A stretch of 64,000 bases of DNA from an uncultured virus (IMG/VR IMGVR_UViG_3300003410_000004). Lineage: Duplodnaviria > Heunggongvirae > Uroviricota > Caudoviricetes. The translations under genes were made by a program, and so were the position numbers. Within the stretch, counting starts at the first letter, position 1. The number at the start of each line of letters is the position of its first letter. The notes below the pieces were generated by a model. The model worked only from the letters and a program-made list of their open reading frames with translations. It was not told the origin of the DNA and made no database searches. Location of the stretch: IMG/VR virus record IMGVR_UViG_3300003410_000004; one strand, written 5' to 3'. Positions 40,216 through 50,409 of this stretch are shown here, piece by piece.

Positions 40216-41614
40216 GCAAGTAATCCTTGCTAACCTTATTAACAATGAACCGTATACCAGAAAGGTTATCCCCTTTCTGGACGGTGATTATTTTCACGAT
40301 GGTGTTGAGAAACTCATTTACAAGGAGATTGAATCCTTTGTAACAGAGTACAATGCAATGCCATCTGCAGAAGTATTATCTGTCAATATCGGACAGAGAA
40401 AAGACATCACAGAAGGTGAAAATGAAAAGGCGAAGCAAGTACTAGCACAACTAGGTGAACCAAATACCAATCTCGATTGGTTGGTGTCGTCTACCGAAAA
40501 GTTTTGTAAAGACAAAGCAGTCTACAATGCTATCCTGAAATCGATTGGTATCATTGAGGGTAAAGATAAGTCTCATACCCAAGATGCTCTACCATCGATT
40601 CTTTCTGATGCTTTGGGTGTCACATTCGATACCAATGTTGGTCACGACTACATTGAGAATGCTGATGATCGATTTGAGTTCTACCATCGTGTGGAAGAGC
40701 GCATTCCGTTCAATCTAGAATATTTTGATATGATCACCAAAGGTGGTATTCCCAACAAAACGCTGAACATTGCACTTGCAGGTACTGGTGTTGGTAAGTC
40801 TCTATTCATGTGTAACTTTGCGGCATCGGTAATCCAACAAGGACGTAACGTCCTTTACATTACTATGGAGATGGCAGAAGAGCGAATCGCTGAACGTATC
40901 GATGCGAACATGATGAATATGGATATTGGTAATTTGACTGATCTACCTAAGACGATGTTCGATCAGCGTCTGGAGAAAATCAAGAAGAAGACTAAAGGTG
41001 GTCGTCTGGTCATCAAGGAATATCCAACATCGTCTGCTCATGCAGGTCACTTCAAATCACTACTGAATGAACTTGCAATCAAGCGTGACTTTGTTCCTGA
41101 TATCATCTTCATTGACTATCTAAACATCTGTGCATCTCAGCGATTCAAAACTGGTGGTGCTAACGTCAACTCATACACATACATCAAAGCAATCGCGGAA
41201 GAACTCCGTGGTCTAGCAGTAGAGTATGATCTACCAATCTTCTCAGCAACACAGACTACTCGATCTGGATACTCCAGTACAGATGTTGGTCTAGAAGACA
41301 CAAGTGAGTCCTTTGGTCTACCTGCCACTGCAGACCTAATGTTCGCTTTGATCAGCACCGAAGAACTGGAAGAGCAAAACCAGATAATGGTGAAACAACT
41401 CAAAAACAGATATAACGATCCAGGCAAAGCAAAGCGGTTTTTGATTGGGGTTGATAGAGCGAAGATGCAACTGTTTGATCTGGAAGAGTCTGCACAGGAT
41501 GATCTGGTTGATAACATGGGTAAGAAAGAGAAAGAAGATGATGTGCCACTTTTCGACAAATCGACATTCGGTAAGCGAAGTGGGAATCGAGATTTTTCGA
41601 CTTTCAAAATCTGA
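40196..41614 (+). CDS. gp41: Replicative helicase gp41
   Basis: AGTGVGKS, EMAEERIAERIDA, IDYLNI, QLKNRY. Confidence 0.97.
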   Translation: MQADRIEQVILANLINNEPYTRKVIPFLDGDYFHDGVEKLIYKEIESFVTEYNAMPSAEVLSVNIGQRKDITEGENEKAKQVLAQLGEPNTNLDWLVSSTEKFCKDKAVYNAILKSIGIIEGKDKSHTQDALPSILSDALGVTFDTNVGHDYIENADDRFEFYHRVEERIPFNLEYFDMITKGGIPNKTLNIALAGTGVGKSLFMCNFAASVIQQGRNVLYITMEMAEERIAERIDANMMNMDIGNLTDLPKTMFDQRLEKIKKKTKGGRLVIKEYPTSSAHAGHFKSLLNELAIKRDFVPDIIFIDYLNICASQRFKTGGANVNSYTYIKAIAEELRGLAVEYDLPIFSATQTTRSGYSSTDVGLEDTSESFGLPATADLMFALISTEELEEQNQIMVKQLKNRYNDPGKAKRFLIGVDRAKMQLFDLEESAQDDLVDNMGKKEKEDDVPLFDKSTFGKRSGNRDFSTFKI

Positions 41615-41616
41615 CG

Positions 41617-41624
41617 TATAAATA
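41617..41624 (+). promoter_or_regulatory. Late promoter TATAAATA
   Basis: Exact consensus after gp41. Confidence 0.65.
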
Positions 41625-41721
41625 CAACTGATGATGAAAAAAATCACAAAACTTAAAAAAAGTACTTGACAAGTCGCACCACTTGTGCGACACTGTATGT
41701 GTTGCTTGAGAGAGGTGCAAA

Positions 41722-42408
41722 ATGTACAAGACAGTTATTGAACGATATCATGACCCTGTAACCTTTGGTCTTAAAGCAATGAAAGACCACTTTGGTTATG
41801 GGGTTTTTTCTGCTCACACCATTGCTCGTTCTATCGCAAATCGTGTCTGTGGGTGGAATGGCATCCATACCAAAGTAAACAAAAAGAACGAAGGTTACCT
41901 CAGTGGTGACTACTCTATCAGTGGTGAGTACCGTTCTTGGGAAATGGAAGAAGACTACGATTCTCACATCTGCATTGAGACAGGTGAGGATGCTCTTCTG
42001 CTTCTCGACACTGAAGAAAAGTGGAACAAGTTCATCAACGAAGTACGTTCTACTATTGTCCACGAAATGACACATCGTCATCAGTACGAAAAACGTGATG
42101 GTGAAATGCGCAAGACCGAAATCTTCAAATCAAAGAGCAAAGACAAGAACATGTACCTCAATGAGAACTATCTTGGTTCTTTGGATGAGATCGAAGCGTA
42201 CTCTGTAGATGTCGCTTACGAAATCCTTGAGTCTGGTAAGAAGTTCGATGATGTGTGGAGTAAGTTCAAAACACTGAATACTAAGAAGTTCCCAACTCTT
42301 ACCTCGTATCGTTTATACTTTGGTGAAAAAATTAACCACAAAGTGTTAAATAGACTTTACAATTGCTCTAAAAAGAGTTATCGTTACCTTAGTGTTCTTG
42401 AGAGATAA
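41722..42408 (+). CDS. Putative HExxH zinc metallopeptidase
   Basis: IVHEMTH..Q and YL...DEIEAY. Confidence 0.65.
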   Translation: MYKTVIERYHDPVTFGLKAMKDHFGYGVFSAHTIARSIANRVCGWNGIHTKVNKKNEGYLSGDYSISGEYRSWEMEEDYDSHICIETGEDALLLLDTEEKWNKFINEVRSTIVHEMTHRHQYEKRDGEMRKTEIFKSKSKDKNMYLNENYLGSLDEIEAYSVDVAYEILESGKKFDDVWSKFKTLNTKKFPTLTSYRLYFGEKINHKVLNRLYNCSKKSYRYLSVLER

Positions 42409-42416
42409 ATAGATAT

Positions 42417-43613
42417 ATGGCGAACTTATCAATACCAGAAATTACCAGAGACGGCAAGGAGCATCGTATAGAACTGCTTCTTGAGAAGGTAATGCAAGCA
42501 AATGACAAGACTAGTAACTTCATGACTGATGATGGTCTGTTCGATGCTACTGGTATCAAGATCAATGATGAAAGATTCGACTACAATGCGACAAACGCAA
42601 GACAAGAAATGTTGGATCGCATGTATGGTATGATCCTCAATCTTAAAGGTAAGCGCAATCAGACTATTGAACTGGTTGGTAAGTTTTCAGGTAAGAATCA
42701 AACGTCTTTCGTATCACTCACTAAGGTTGAGAAGTCTGAAGAGTTTGGTGGTCAACCTGCAGGTGGTACTCGTGAGAACCGTGGTCTAAAGTTTGAGCGT
42801 GATCTTACTGCACAGTTGAATGCGGTAATCACTGGTGCTGATGTTACTGGTAAGTTTGCAGAAGCGGCAAAGACAATCGTAGACAAATGCTCTAAAGCGA
42901 TGGGATCACCTGCAATCAAGGTTGAGCAGGTTGGTGGTGCTAACGTCTCTCGTCCACTTGGATATGCGAGTGGTAAAGCAGTAGTGCTTCCTTCTGATCA
43001 TAAACTTCATGGTGCTAAACTCACAGACGTAAACATCACCCATAAGAATGGAAAGGTATCCCACTTATCTTTGAAATATGGGAATACATTGACATTCGTT
43101 AACTCAGGGGTGAAAGATAAGGATAAAGCATTCCCAACTGCTGAAGTGCAGTCTGGTCGAATCACCAACAGTCTGGGTGTTGCATTGATGAAAGCATTGG
43201 GTATCGACAACGAATCATTCTGTGAAGTATTCAATGCATACGGTTCTGGTAAGAAAGCAGTCGAAAAGAACAAGGTTGATGTGTCAAGTAAGGTTGATCG
43301 CAATGCATTAAAATCATTGATCTCGACTGCAATTGGTTCTGACTACTTCATGGTTCATGGTAAAGAGAATGGTACAATCGATTTCTGGTACATGGACCCC
43401 AACAACAATGCGGCAATGTCAACGGTTTCATCTGGTATTGAATTGATCTACGGTGGTCAAAATGGTACAGCGAAACGTATTGACATGAAGTTCAAAAACA
43501 ACTATTTTGAATTTAAACTAAACATTCGTAACAAGCAGTCTGGTGTATATCCAACACACTTTCTACTGGATTACAAGAGTCTGCCTGGCACAGGTAAGGT
43601 AACACTGAGATGA
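42417..43613 (+). CDS. Hypothetical protein, possible PD-(D/E)xK nuclease fold
   Basis: NRG..FE, KLTDV, HLSLK; GATAAATA upstream. Confidence 0.5.
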   Translation: MANLSIPEITRDGKEHRIELLLEKVMQANDKTSNFMTDDGLFDATGIKINDERFDYNATNARQEMLDRMYGMILNLKGKRNQTIELVGKFSGKNQTSFVSLTKVEKSEEFGGQPAGGTRENRGLKFERDLTAQLNAVITGADVTGKFAEAAKTIVDKCSKAMGSPAIKVEQVGGANVSRPLGYASGKAVVLPSDHKLHGAKLTDVNITHKNGKVSHLSLKYGNTLTFVNSGVKDKDKAFPTAEVQSGRITNSLGVALMKALGIDNESFCEVFNAYGSGKKAVEKNKVDVSSKVDRNALKSLISTAIGSDYFMVHGKENGTIDFWYMDPNNNAAMSTVSSGIELIYGGQNGTAKRIDMKFKNNYFEFKLNIRNKQSGVYPTHFLLDYKSLPGTGKVTLR

Positions 43614-44860
43614 TAGGATTTAAGCAATTCCAAGATAACCAACTTCTAAATGAGCAAAAGAATTTACACCTCACCCATATCGAGGAAACCATCATTACTG
43701 ATGGATCGAGGGGTGCTGAAGAAGCAAAGGAATTCCTCAAATCTATTCGCAACATGCTTGCATCGAATTCTCGTTCATCCACAAACATCACCACTAAATG
43801 GGATGGTGCGCCAGCAATCTTTTGTGGTATCAATCCAGACAACGGTAAGTTTTTCGTTGCTACCAAATCAGTATTCAACGTCAATCCAAAACTCAACTAT
43901 ACAGTAGAAGATATTCGTGCAAACCACTCTGGTGGTCTAGTCGAGAAGTTGACTGTTGCACTGACTGAACTTCCTAAGTTGGGAATTAAAGGTGTTCTTC
44001 AGGGTGACCTAATGTACACCAATAGTGATCTAAAGACGACTACCATTGACGGTGAGACGATGATCACATTCCAACCAAACACCATCGTCTATGCTGTTCC
44101 AGAGAACTCAGAGTTTGGACAGTTCATCAAGAAGACGAACATGGGTATCATATTCCACACAGAATATAAAGGAAAGAAACTTCAAGACATGAAGGCGTCT
44201 TTCAATATAAATATTAAAGGATTAAAGAAAAATAAATCAATCTGGTTCGATGATGCATCATATAAAGATGTGTCTGGTACTGCTACCCTAACAGAAGCAG
44301 AGACTGTAGAACTAGATGGTTACATCACTAAGATTGAACGTGGTCTTGGTGGTATCAGTTCGTATCTGGATCGTATGTCTGCTGATTTCGATGAGAAGTC
44401 TAAATATGCAGTTCCTACAAATCTGAAGATACACCTGAACTCATACTTTAAGTCTGACAAGAAATTCGGTTCACCTGAATCGGTCATTAAAGAGTTCTCT
44501 CAGTTCTATGCTGAGAAACTCGATAAAGAGATTGCTAAGGTTAAGACTGAAAAAAGTAGGACTAAATATGAAGAGATAAAGCGTGATGGTCTGAAGCGCA
44601 TCAAGGATCAAACTCCAATGATGGTTCAGACGATCACCCTATATAAAGATATTATGGATGCCAAAAACTTATTGGTGAAAAAGTTGTCTCAAATTAAGGG
44701 TATTGGGACATTCTTGAGAACAGATGATGGATTAAAGGTCACTGCCCCTGAAGGGTTTGTTGCAGTAGACCGAGTTAAAGGGAACGCAGTGAAGTTAGTC
44801 AATCGCTTAGAGTTTTCTAAAGCGAACTTTACTGCACAGAAAAACTGGGTAAGTGGATAA
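43610..44860 (+). CDS. Ligase-like nucleotidyltransferase (DUF6267-like)
   Basis: TKWDG, QGDL, EGFV, VKLV spaced like ligase motifs I/III/IV/V. Confidence 0.65.
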   Translation: MIGFKQFQDNQLLNEQKNLHLTHIEETIITDGSRGAEEAKEFLKSIRNMLASNSRSSTNITTKWDGAPAIFCGINPDNGKFFVATKSVFNVNPKLNYTVEDIRANHSGGLVEKLTVALTELPKLGIKGVLQGDLMYTNSDLKTTTIDGETMITFQPNTIVYAVPENSEFGQFIKKTNMGIIFHTEYKGKKLQDMKASFNINIKGLKKNKSIWFDDASYKDVSGTATLTEAETVELDGYITKIERGLGGISSYLDRMSADFDEKSKYAVPTNLKIHLNSYFKSDKKFGSPESVIKEFSQFYAEKLDKEIAKVKTEKSRTKYEEIKRDGLKRIKDQTPMMVQTITLYKDIMDAKNLLVKKLSQIKGIGTFLRTDDGLKVTAPEGFVAVDRVKGNAVKLVNRLEFSKANFTAQKNWVSG

Positions 44861-47374
44861 ATGAAGAAATTTTCTGACGTAAGAAAACAATTAGAAGAGA
44901 ATAAACTGAAAAGTGCGACATTCGCATTTGGAAGATTCAACCCTCCTACAATTGGTCACGCTAAACTGTTTGATATGGTTTCTAAAGTGGGTGCAACTCA
45001 CGACAATCATTTTGTCTTTGCTAGTCACTCGCAAGACGATAAGAAGAATCCATTAGAACCAAATTTCAAACGTAAGATTCTAGCAAAAGCATTTCCTCAA
45101 AATAACGTACAATCATCTGGTCGTGGTATGCCTACTGTATTGTATGTTGCGTCACACCTGTACGACAAAGGTTTCCGTAAGATTACACTGGTTGCAGGTT
45201 CTGACCGTGTAAACGAATTTACAACACTGTTGAACAAGTACAACGGTGTTAAGTCTCGTCATGGTTTCTATGACTTTGGTGAGATTAAAGTTGTATCATC
45301 TGGTGAGCGCGATGCAGACTCAGAAGGTGCGTCTGGTGCGTCTGGTACGAATATGCGTATGTATGCCGCTAAAGATGACTTTGATTCTTTCCGCAAGTAT
45401 TCACCAGTAAATCTTTCCGATAAAGAAGTTAAGCAGGTATTTGATAAGGTACGCGCAGTTGTACCTCGCTTGAATGCTGAGACACTTGCACCAACCCTTG
45501 GTGTTCGTGAAGAATATCTGTTAGGTGATATTTTCAATGTCGGTGATACGGTTGCTGATATCCACGAAGAAAGAGAATACATCATCGTAGAGCGAGGTCC
45601 TAACTTTGTTCGTTGCTCTGATGACGAAGGTAATGTTGTATCCAAGTGGTTGACTGATCTGGAAGAGCGTAAAGTTGCTCAAGACCCAGACATCGATGAT
45701 AAGAAAGGAACACAACCAAAAAAGTATTATGCAGGATTAGGTAAGTCCACTAAAGATAGACGCGATGCTCAATTCAAGAAGCAAGCGAAGATGGACGATG
45801 ATAACCCTAATGCATACAAACCTGCTCCTGGCGATGCTACTGCTAAGACCAAACCATCCAAGCACACAAATAAATTCAAGCAGATGTTTGGTGAAGATGT
45901 TCTCGATGAAGATGTAAAGAAATCCCTGAAAGATAAAGCAGAGAAATCTGGGATGCCTTATGGTATTCTCAAGAAAGTATTTGACCGTGGGGTAGCGGCA
46001 TGGAGAACTGGTCACCGTCCTGGCACTACACCAACTCAGTGGGGTCTTGCTCGTGTTAACTCATTTGCTACAAAGAGTAAGGGTACATGGGGTAAAGCAG
46101 ATGCTGATCTTGCCGCTAAGGTTCGTGGTGAGTCTGTTGAACTTGATGAAGCACCACGTTGGTTGATTGATCTGCTTGGAGATAAGTTACACTCCAATCA
46201 GTATAAGAAAGCACTTGAAATTCTGACTCAGGTTATTGACCGCAAAGCGAAAGAAGCAGGTGGAGTTAAGAAGATTAAGCATGGTTATTCATACTATGCC
46301 GCACAGATTTCTCGACAGTTCAAGAACGTTGATGCTCGTGTACTTGCTGATGTCTATGCTAAGTCACTCAATGAAGAAGGTGGTGCAGGTGAATGGGGTA
46401 CAGACAAACTCCTCAAGAAATACAAAAAAGAGACTCCATTCCAAGAGCAAAAGATCAATGCAGAATATGAAGTAGAAGGGTTCTATAAGAGAGAGTACTC
46501 TGAAGAAGAAGTTGAAGATGATTCTGAGGGTGCATCAAAGGTTGCGCAGTCTTTAGAAATTGACTTTGAAGATGCCGATGAAGAAGATGACTTCAACGAT
46601 ATGTTTGATGCATTAGATTGGGATGATGTCCATATTGCATACGATGACGATGAACTAGATGCAGAAGAAGACGATATCGAACATGATCTTGAAGATGATG
46701 AAGGTGTCGTCACCGATGATGGTGAAGTAACAGAAGTTCTTTCCCCTGCACAGCGTCAGAAGCGCAGGGTTTTAATGCGCCGTATCGGTAAGCGTCTTGC
46801 TCGTTTGCGTAAGATTCGTCTGAAGAAACGTTCATCACAAGAAGTATTAATGAAGAGAGCGCGTAAGGTTGCTGTCAAAATGATCAAGCGTAAGTTGATC
46901 AAGAATCGTCCATTTGATGAACTATCGATGGCAGATAGAGCGAGACTTGAAAAGTACGTTGCTAAGAAGGGTAACTTGATTGCTCGTTTGTCTAAGAGAC
47001 TACTTCCAAAGATGCGCAAGATCGAGAATGCTCGTATCAAGGGTAAGAAGGTAGAGTCATTCCAAGGTTTTATAAATAGTCCTATTACTGAAGAAGCAGA
47101 GTATCAAGGTCGTAAAGTAAAACTAAATGATCCGTTCCGTCTTCCATCTGGAAGTACTAAGAAGTTCGGTGTTTACGTTAAGAACGACAAAGGAAATGTT
47201 GTGAAGGTAACTTTCGGTGATCCTGATATGGATATTCAGAGAGATAACCCAGAACGACTAAATGCATTTAGAGCAAGACATGGGTGCGATGTAGACCCAG
47301 GACCTAAGTGGAAAGCGAAGTACTGGTCTTGTAAGATGTGGGAAAAAGGAAAGAAAGTCTCAGACTTGGATTAA
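44861..47374 (+). CDS. HIGH-family cytidylyltransferase-like domain fused to multiple C-terminal modules
   Basis: FGRFNPPTIGH, KNPL, VAGSDR, SGT.MR; about 600 further residues of modules. Confidence 0.8.
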   Translation: MKKFSDVRKQLEENKLKSATFAFGRFNPPTIGHAKLFDMVSKVGATHDNHFVFASHSQDDKKNPLEPNFKRKILAKAFPQNNVQSSGRGMPTVLYVASHLYDKGFRKITLVAGSDRVNEFTTLLNKYNGVKSRHGFYDFGEIKVVSSGERDADSEGASGASGTNMRMYAAKDDFDSFRKYSPVNLSDKEVKQVFDKVRAVVPRLNAETLAPTLGVREEYLLGDIFNVGDTVADIHEEREYIIVERGPNFVRCSDDEGNVVSKWLTDLEERKVAQDPDIDDKKGTQPKKYYAGLGKSTKDRRDAQFKKQAKMDDDNPNAYKPAPGDATAKTKPSKHTNKFKQMFGEDVLDEDVKKSLKDKAEKSGMPYGILKKVFDRGVAAWRTGHRPGTTPTQWGLARVNSFATKSKGTWGKADADLAAKVRGESVELDEAPRWLIDLLGDKLHSNQYKKALEILTQVIDRKAKEAGGVKKIKHGYSYYAAQISRQFKNVDARVLADVYAKSLNEEGGAGEWGTDKLLKKYKKETPFQEQKINAEYEVEGFYKREYSEEEVEDDSEGASKVAQSLEIDFEDADEEDDFNDMFDALDWDDVHIAYDDDELDAEEDDIEHDLEDDEGVVTDDGEVTEVLSPAQRQKRRVLMRRIGKRLARLRKIRLKKRSSQEVLMKRARKVAVKMIKRKLIKNRPFDELSMADRARLEKYVAKKGNLIARLSKRLLPKMRKIENARIKGKKVESFQGFINSPITEEAEYQGRKVKLNDPFRLPSGSTKKFGVYVKNDKGNVVKVTFGDPDMDIQRDNPERLNAFRARHGCDVDPGPKWKAKYWSCKMWEKGKKVSDLD

Positions 47375-47377
47375 GAA

Positions 47378-48103
47378 ATGGCGATATTTTTAACTGAAGA
47401 TAGATGGAACATCGCAAGGGGTATTGTAAAAGATACCTCTTTCATCAACAAGTATGGTGCTGTTCCTGCTATGTCACAGAATACCACTGGTTCTGTCTGG
47501 GATGTAAGTGATACAGTGTATCCTTGGGCGACACTCAATGGTTCTGCTCATACATTAACCATTGATTGTGCTAGTGCGGATGAGGTTGGTCATCATGTCA
47601 CGATTCAAGGATTGGATGCAAACTGGAATCTACTAACAGAAACAGTCACCCTGTCATCACAAACAGGTAACACTACTACTAATCAGTTTATGCGAGTGTA
47701 CAATGCGTATTATACAGATGGTAGTGCTTCTACAAATACTGGTAATATTGACATAAAGATCGGTGCAACAGTAGTTGCTAGAATACTAGCAGGTGCAGGT
47801 ATAACCAAAATGGCAGTGTACACAGTTCCTGCAGGTTATACCGCATACGTTGTTCAGGGTGTTGCTTCTATCCAAGCAGGTGCTGATGCAACTGGAAATA
47901 TGTTTGTTAGACAAACTGGAAATGTGAATTTCCGTATTGCTCATACATTTGAAGTATCAGGTACTGGGGGTACATATACTTACACGTTCCCATTCCCTGT
48001 AGCAATACCAGAGAAATCTGATATTGATGTTCGTGCAACTGTTCGATCAAACAATGCTCGTCTGACCGCGACATTTGATTTACTACTAATTAAAAACGAT
48101 TAA
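47378..48103 (+). CDS. Putative virion structural protein
   Basis: Thr/Gly/Val-rich, beta-like composition, late block. Confidence 0.6.
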   Translation: MAIFLTEDRWNIARGIVKDTSFINKYGAVPAMSQNTTGSVWDVSDTVYPWATLNGSAHTLTIDCASADEVGHHVTIQGLDANWNLLTETVTLSSQTGNTTTNQFMRVYNAYYTDGSASTNTGNIDIKIGATVVARILAGAGITKMAVYTVPAGYTAYVVQGVASIQAGADATGNMFVRQTGNVNFRIAHTFEVSGTGGTYTYTFPFPVAIPEKSDIDVRATVRSNNARLTATFDLLLIKND

Positions 48104-48116
48104 CTTGGAGTTATAA

Positions 48117-50369
48117 ATGAAAAGTCTATTGGAAGCGTCTGCTCAAGTACGCAAATTCACAGAGACTAAGTACCAAGCATTCTTCCAGAAAGCGATGAAG
48201 AAGTTCGGTATTGAAAAACTATCTGACCTCAAAGACGATGAGAAGAAGAAGTTCTACGATTATGTTGATCGTAACTGGAACTCAGAAGACGAATCAGGTG
48301 AAGATGGCGTCAAAGAAGCGAAAGAGAAGTACTCTGATAAGCAAATCAAAATGGCGTTTGGTATTCTGAACGATCCACGTTGGAAGTCTGGTAACATGAC
48401 TGCTATCGTTAAGAAGATCGAACAGATTGCTAAGGGTTTATCTAAGTATCCATCTGTAGAGAAAGCATTGCGCGTTACTAACGAATCATTGGAAGAGGGT
48501 AAGTCTTCTACTGGTTACGAACTGTACCACAAAGACTTCTCTTCTGCGATGAAACATGCATACGATTTCGCTAAGAAGAAGTTTGGTATCGAAGTTGATC
48601 CAAAAGAGATTGATGACAAAGTAGCATCAGGACCTCGCAAACCATCTAAGGGTAAGACTAACTCTTATCGTTTAGTTGGAACAGATGGTAAGAAAGCGAT
48701 TCAGGTTCAAGTCTTTGGCATGGACAACGGTAAGTACGAACTCAACATGTATAAAGAGTCTGTTGAACTAGAAGAGTCGCCAATGGTTACTTTCACTGTT
48801 CCGAATGTTACTTCTGACATGGCAAGTAAACTGGAAAGAATTGCTAAAGAGAAAAACATTGAGTATTCAAGAAAGGGAAGTACCGTTGTCTTGAAGGGTA
48901 AAAGAATTGACATGACAATGCTTAGAACCAAAATGGGACTCGCACAGACAAACATCCCAATGGTTCCTGTCAAAGAAGAAGTCGAACTTGAAGAAAGTAA
49001 AGTAGAGAAAACCTACAAAGAAATCATGAAGGGTAACCGTCAAGGACCCCCAGATGATGACGAAGTTGGTGATTACATTCCTAGAGGTATGACTAAGAAA
49101 GACATGGCAAAACTTATTGACATGCTTGCAAAGCAGGGTTACGATAAGAAGTTCTTGACTAAAGATTTAGCACCACTTGTACAAGAAGATGTAGAATTGA
49201 CTGAAGCAGTTGATCCGAAGAAGGTTGTTGCGTATCTCGTGAAGAAGGGTTCTAACCCTAAAGATGCAGAGAAGATGGTTGCTAAGAACTTCAAGTATGC
49301 AACTGATAAGTACAGTTCAGCATCTGTTGCTAAGATTGCAGACGTTATCATGTCTCTTGACGAAGAAGTTGAATTGACTGAAGAGTCTAATACTATTGCT
49401 AAAGTTAAAGAGATCGTTGCTAAGAAATCAGCGCAGAAGATTGATGGTGTAATGGTTGACATGTTCACTGCATCAGCAATCGCTCAGATTTACGACAAAG
49501 TAAATGATACTAACAAAGCGAAGATGGACAAACTGAAGATCAGTCAACTCGCTAACGTTGCATTCAAGATGATGAAGCGTGAAGAAGTTGAAGCGATGCC
49601 TGAAGATTCTTTGATGTTTGAAGCAGTCGGAAACCTCGCGAAGCAGTGGATGAAAGGTGCTAAATCTATCAAGGTTGGTGATTGGGAACTTGTCCGTGGT
49701 AATGGTGGAGTCAACAAGATTCTCAAGAAGCGTGTACAATTCGGTGATTTCTCACTCGATGACGATGCAGGTCTTTGGGTTGCTAACATGAAAGGTATGA
49801 AGGGTCAGTGGACAGGTGATTCTATTGACGGTTTGGTTGCACATCTCAAGAAAGCACATGAAGAAATGACTGTATGTGAAGAGTGTGGTAAGATGCATGA
49901 AGGTTCATGCTCAGAAGCAGTAACTGAATCATTCAAGAAAGCATCTATGGAACTCACCAAGTATGCTCAAAAGAGTGGTGGAATGGACAAGGGTGACTTC
50001 CTTAAAGTCGCTAAGATGTTGAGTGACATTGGTCGTGCTGATCTCATGAAGAAAGGTACACTTCTTGGTAAGTTGAGTAATACCCTCCGTGATATGGATA
50101 CTGATCCACGCGATAAGGTATACGAAATTATCAAGGGTGCAGGTTTGATGGAGTCATTGAACGAAGCAGTTTCTACTGCAGTGTCAATCGAACCTAAAGA
50201 GTTTGAAAAGGTGCGTGATGAAATCATTGCACTCGCTGATAAAATGAGTTTGGATGTTTCTGTTGCTAAAGATAGGTCACTCGTACTTGACAGTGGTTCT
50301 CGTAATGCGATGAAGAAACTGGAACAGGAACTAAAGAAGATGCGCGTCAAGTACAGCATCGCCGATTAA
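48117..50369 (+). CDS. Modular, probably protease-processed internal head polyprotein
   Basis: Lys-rich modules separated by ESVELEE/EEVELEE/EDVELTE/EEVELTEE. Confidence 0.65.
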   Translation: MKSLLEASAQVRKFTETKYQAFFQKAMKKFGIEKLSDLKDDEKKKFYDYVDRNWNSEDESGEDGVKEAKEKYSDKQIKMAFGILNDPRWKSGNMTAIVKKIEQIAKGLSKYPSVEKALRVTNESLEEGKSSTGYELYHKDFSSAMKHAYDFAKKKFGIEVDPKEIDDKVASGPRKPSKGKTNSYRLVGTDGKKAIQVQVFGMDNGKYELNMYKESVELEESPMVTFTVPNVTSDMASKLERIAKEKNIEYSRKGSTVVLKGKRIDMTMLRTKMGLAQTNIPMVPVKEEVELEESKVEKTYKEIMKGNRQGPPDDDEVGDYIPRGMTKKDMAKLIDMLAKQGYDKKFLTKDLAPLVQEDVELTEAVDPKKVVAYLVKKGSNPKDAEKMVAKNFKYATDKYSSASVAKIADVIMSLDEEVELTEESNTIAKVKEIVAKKSAQKIDGVMVDMFTASAIAQIYDKVNDTNKAKMDKLKISQLANVAFKMMKREEVEAMPEDSLMFEAVGNLAKQWMKGAKSIKVGDWELVRGNGGVNKILKKRVQFGDFSLDDDAGLWVANMKGMKGQWTGDSIDGLVAHLKKAHEEMTVCEECGKMHEGSCSEAVTESFKKASMELTKYAQKSGGMDKGDFLKVAKMLSDIGRADLMKKGTLLGKLSNTLRDMDTDPRDKVYEIIKGAGLMESLNEAVSTAVSIEPKEFEKVRDEIIALADKMSLDVSVAKDRSLVLDSGSRNAMKKLEQELKKMRVKYSIAD

Positions 50370-50409
50370 TAAATACTAGAGATAGAAATTTCTAATTAGG
50401 AGAACTAAT

